From positions 30,435 through 94,434 of the forward strand of contig CAZKFH010000004.1 in the NCBI GenBank assembly GCA_964551945.1: a DNA stretch of 64,000 bases, read 5' to 3'. The notes beneath the pieces were generated by a model. The model worked only from the letters and a program-made list of their open reading frames with translations. It was not told the origin of the DNA and did no database searches. Positions 62,179 to 64,000 of the stretch are shown piece by piece. Position 1 is the first letter of the stretch. Every line of letters begins with the position of its first letter. Position numbers and translations under genes: made by a program. The DNA is from an uncultured Actinomycetes bacterium. Lineage in GTDB: Bacteria; Actinomycetota; UBA4738; CALAEC01.

Positions 62179-64000
62179 GTCGCGAACCTCCGGATGATTT
62201 CCTCTTCAAGCTCTTCCGCGAAGATCGGATGGCCCTGCACCTTGCTGTACACCTCGGCGGGCACCAGGTACTGCGCGCGGATGAGCGCGGTGAGCTGCCC
62301 GGTGTTCGTCTCGGGTACCAGGATCCGCTTGTACGAGCGCAGCACCTCACCCGTGTTCGTCGGGAACGGATTCATGTGGTACAGGTGCGCACGGGCGATC
62401 TTCTTGCCGCGCTCACGTGCTCGCTCGACGGCCACGCGGATCGCGCCGTACGTGGAACCCCAGCCAAGCACGAGCATCTCGGCATCCCCATCGGGATCGT
62501 CGACCTCGAGCTGCGGGATGTCGTCTGCGATCTTCAGGACCTTCGACGCGCGAAGGTCCGTCGCCCACTGATGGTTCTGCGCGTCGTACGAGATGTTCCC
62601 CGTCGAGTCGGCCTCCTTCTCGAGCCCGCCGATCCGGTGCTCGAGCCCCTCGGTGCCAGGGACCGCCCACGGCCGCGCGAGGTTCTCGTCACGCAGGTAC
62701 GGCCAGTACTCGTCGCCCATGTTGGCCGCGGTCGTGAATGCCGGGTCAATCTTTGGCAGGGACTCCACGTCCGGGAGCTTCCACGGCTCCGAGGAGTTCG
62801 CCAGAAACGTGTCGGTCAGAAGGATCACCGGTGTGCGGTACTTCACCGCGATCCGGCACGCCTCGATCGCGGCGTCGAAGCAATTCGCACACGTGTACGC
62901 GGCGATGATCGGCATCGGCGACTCACCGTGGCGCCCGTACATCGCCAGCATGAGGTCGGCGGCCTCGGTCTTCGTCGGCATCCCCGTTGAGGGTCCCGCG
63001 CGCTGTACGTCGACGATCACCATCGGGAGCTCGAGGATCACCGCAAGTCCGAGCGTCTCGGCCTTGAGGTCGAGCCCCGGTCCGCTCGTTCCCGTGACGC
63101 CCAGATGCCCGGAGAAGGCCGCGCCAAGCGCCATGTTCGCGGCGGCGATCTCGTCCTCCGACTGGAACGTCCGCACGCCGAAGTTCTTGTAGCGAGACAG
63201 AATGTGCAGCAGCTCCGAGGCGGGCGTGATCGGGTACGACGCGTAGAACATCGGAAGCCCGCTCCGCACACTCGCCGCCAGCAGGCCGAGCGCCGTGGCG
63301 TGCGCCCCGCTGACGTTGCGGTACGTGCCGGGCTCCGCGGGCGCAGGCTTGACCTCGTAGTGGACCGCGATGATCTCCGTGGTCTCACCGAAGTTGTAGC
63401 CGGCATGGAACGCGGCGAGGTTCGCGTCCCTGATCGATTCCTTCGTCGCGAACTTCTTCGCGATCCAACGCTCGGTGACGTCCAGGGGGCGCCCGTACAT
63501 CCATGAGACGAGTCCGAGCGCGAAAAAGTTCTTGGAGCGCTCGGCCTCCTTCTTCGTCAGCTTGCCCACGCCCTCGAGCGCACGAATCGTCAGCGTCGTC
63601 ATCGGGACCTTGTAGAGCTGGTACTCGTCGAGGGACCCGTCCTCGAGCGGGTTCGAGTCGTAGCCGGCCTTCTCGAGGTTGCGGTCGATGAACGCGTCCT
63701 CGTTCGCGAGGACGATCCCGCCCTTCTGCACGTCGCCGAGGTTCGTCTTCATTGCCGCGGGATTCATCGCGACCAGCACGTTCGGCTGATCGCCGGGCGT
63801 GAGAATCTCGTCGGAGGAGAAGTGGATCTGGAACGCGGAGACCCCGTGCAGCGTTCCCGCCGGCGCGCGGATCTCGGCCGGGAAATCCGGCAGGGTGGCC
63901 AGGTCGTTGCCGACGACGGCAGTGGCGTTCGAGAACCGGTCGCCGGTCAGCTGCATCCCATCGCCGGAGTCCCCGGCGAACCGGATGACGACGCGCTTGC
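62175..64000 (-). CDS. korA: 2-oxoacid:ferredoxin oxidoreductase, alpha subunit (partial; 5' end beyond window)
   Basis: Frame continues past 64000 (...VVIRFAGDSGDGMQLTG... KorA N-terminus). ATGA-type overlap with korB. Confidence 0.85.
   Translation of the reverse strand, partial: KRVVIRFAGDSGDGMQLTGDRFSNATAVVGNDLATLPDFPAEIRAPAGTLHGVSAFQIHFSSDEILTPGDQPNVLVAMNPAAMKTNLGDVQKGGIVLANEDAFIDRNLEKAGYDSNPLEDGSLDEYQLYKVPMTTLTIRALEGVGKLTKKEAERSKNFFALGLVSWMYGRPLDVTERWIAKKFATKESIRDANLAAFHAGYNFGETTEIIAVHYEVKPAPAEPGTYRNVSGAHATALGLLAASVRSGLPMFYASYPITPASELLHILSRYKNFGVRTFQSEDEIAAANMALGAAFSGHLGVTGTSGPGLDLKAETLGLAVILELPMVIVDVQRAGPSTGMPTKTEAADLMLAMYGRHGESPMPIIAAYTCANCFDAAIEACRIAVKYRTPVILLTDTFLANSSEPWKLPDVESLPKIDPAFTTAANMGDEYWPYLRDENLARPWAVPGTEGLEHRIGGLEKEADSTGNISYDAQNHQWATDLRASKVLKIADDIPQLEVDDPDGDAEMLVLGWGSTYGAIRVAVERARERGKKIARAHLYHMNPFPTNTGEVLRSYKRILVPETNTGQLTALIRAQYLVPAEVYSKVQGHPIFAEELEEEIIRRFAT

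Noticed and set aside
1-64000. CRISPR arrays, tRNA/rRNA genes, IS elements, integrases, prophage or classical defense systems (RM, TA, Abi, CBASS etc.)
   Set aside because: No direct-repeat/spacer periodicity, no cloverleaf-capable intergenic segments of tRNA size with conserved GTTC/TPsiC-type features, and no transposase/integrase/recombinase-like translations were seen. Absence cannot be proven without tRNAscan/CRISPR-finder runs.

Overview
High-GC (~70%) chromosomal segment, most likely from an actinobacterium; an F420/LLM oxidoreductase, GAAC-N4-GTTC LexA boxes, a PknB-like PASTA kinase and a SepH-like protein support this. About 65 protein-coding genes are dense on both strands, often with ATGA/GTGA start-stop overlaps. 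No rRNA, tRNA, CRISPR array, transposase or integrase was recognised. Gene calls are by eye from conserved motifs in the supplied ORF translations. Many long alternate-frame ORFs are GC artefacts, and several true genes are only the 3' portion of a longer listed ORF. Content: (i) a partial SOS-regulated dnaE2-like error-prone polymerase preceded by a LexA box; (ii) a Tat-lipoprotein phospholipase-C-family phosphoesterase followed by an operon of two GT4 glycosyltransferases and a PLP group-II decarboxylase; (iii) the most unusual region, 7.6-23.5 kb: four paralogous type-I phosphodiesterase/nucleotide-pyrophosphatase-like (AlkP superfamily) lipoproteins plus a fifth catalytically degenerate paralog, a 1115-aa fusion of a large polytopic membrane domain with an MFS transporter, a DUF318/TIGR03943-type two-gene permease, a second LexA box driving a small Trp/Arg-rich ORF, and a UDP-sulfoquinovose synthase (sqdB) next to a membrane-anchored DPM1-like GT2; (iv) a TPP-riboswitch-controlled thiG-thiH-thiS-thiE operon; (v) housekeeping and envelope genes (PknB-like kinase, threonine aldolase, M14 carboxypeptidase, PPi/ATP-PFK, RlpA-like protein, glpK, plsC, an orphan response regulator, carbamate kinase with a COG2403-like P-loop protein, ROK kinase, an ArsA-like ATPase, YgfZ, SepH-like); (vi) a third LexA box between a Zn-ribbon ORF and an Rv2191/Cho-like DnaQ-GIY-YIG nuclease; (vii) thiolase, DUF72, and 2-oxoacid:ferredoxin oxidoreductase korB plus partial korA. 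The leading hypothesis is a phosphate-limitation / envelope-remodelling island (PLC + GT4s + sqdB + GT2 + secreted phosphodiesterases + membrane fusion protein); no homologous gene arrangement is known to me.
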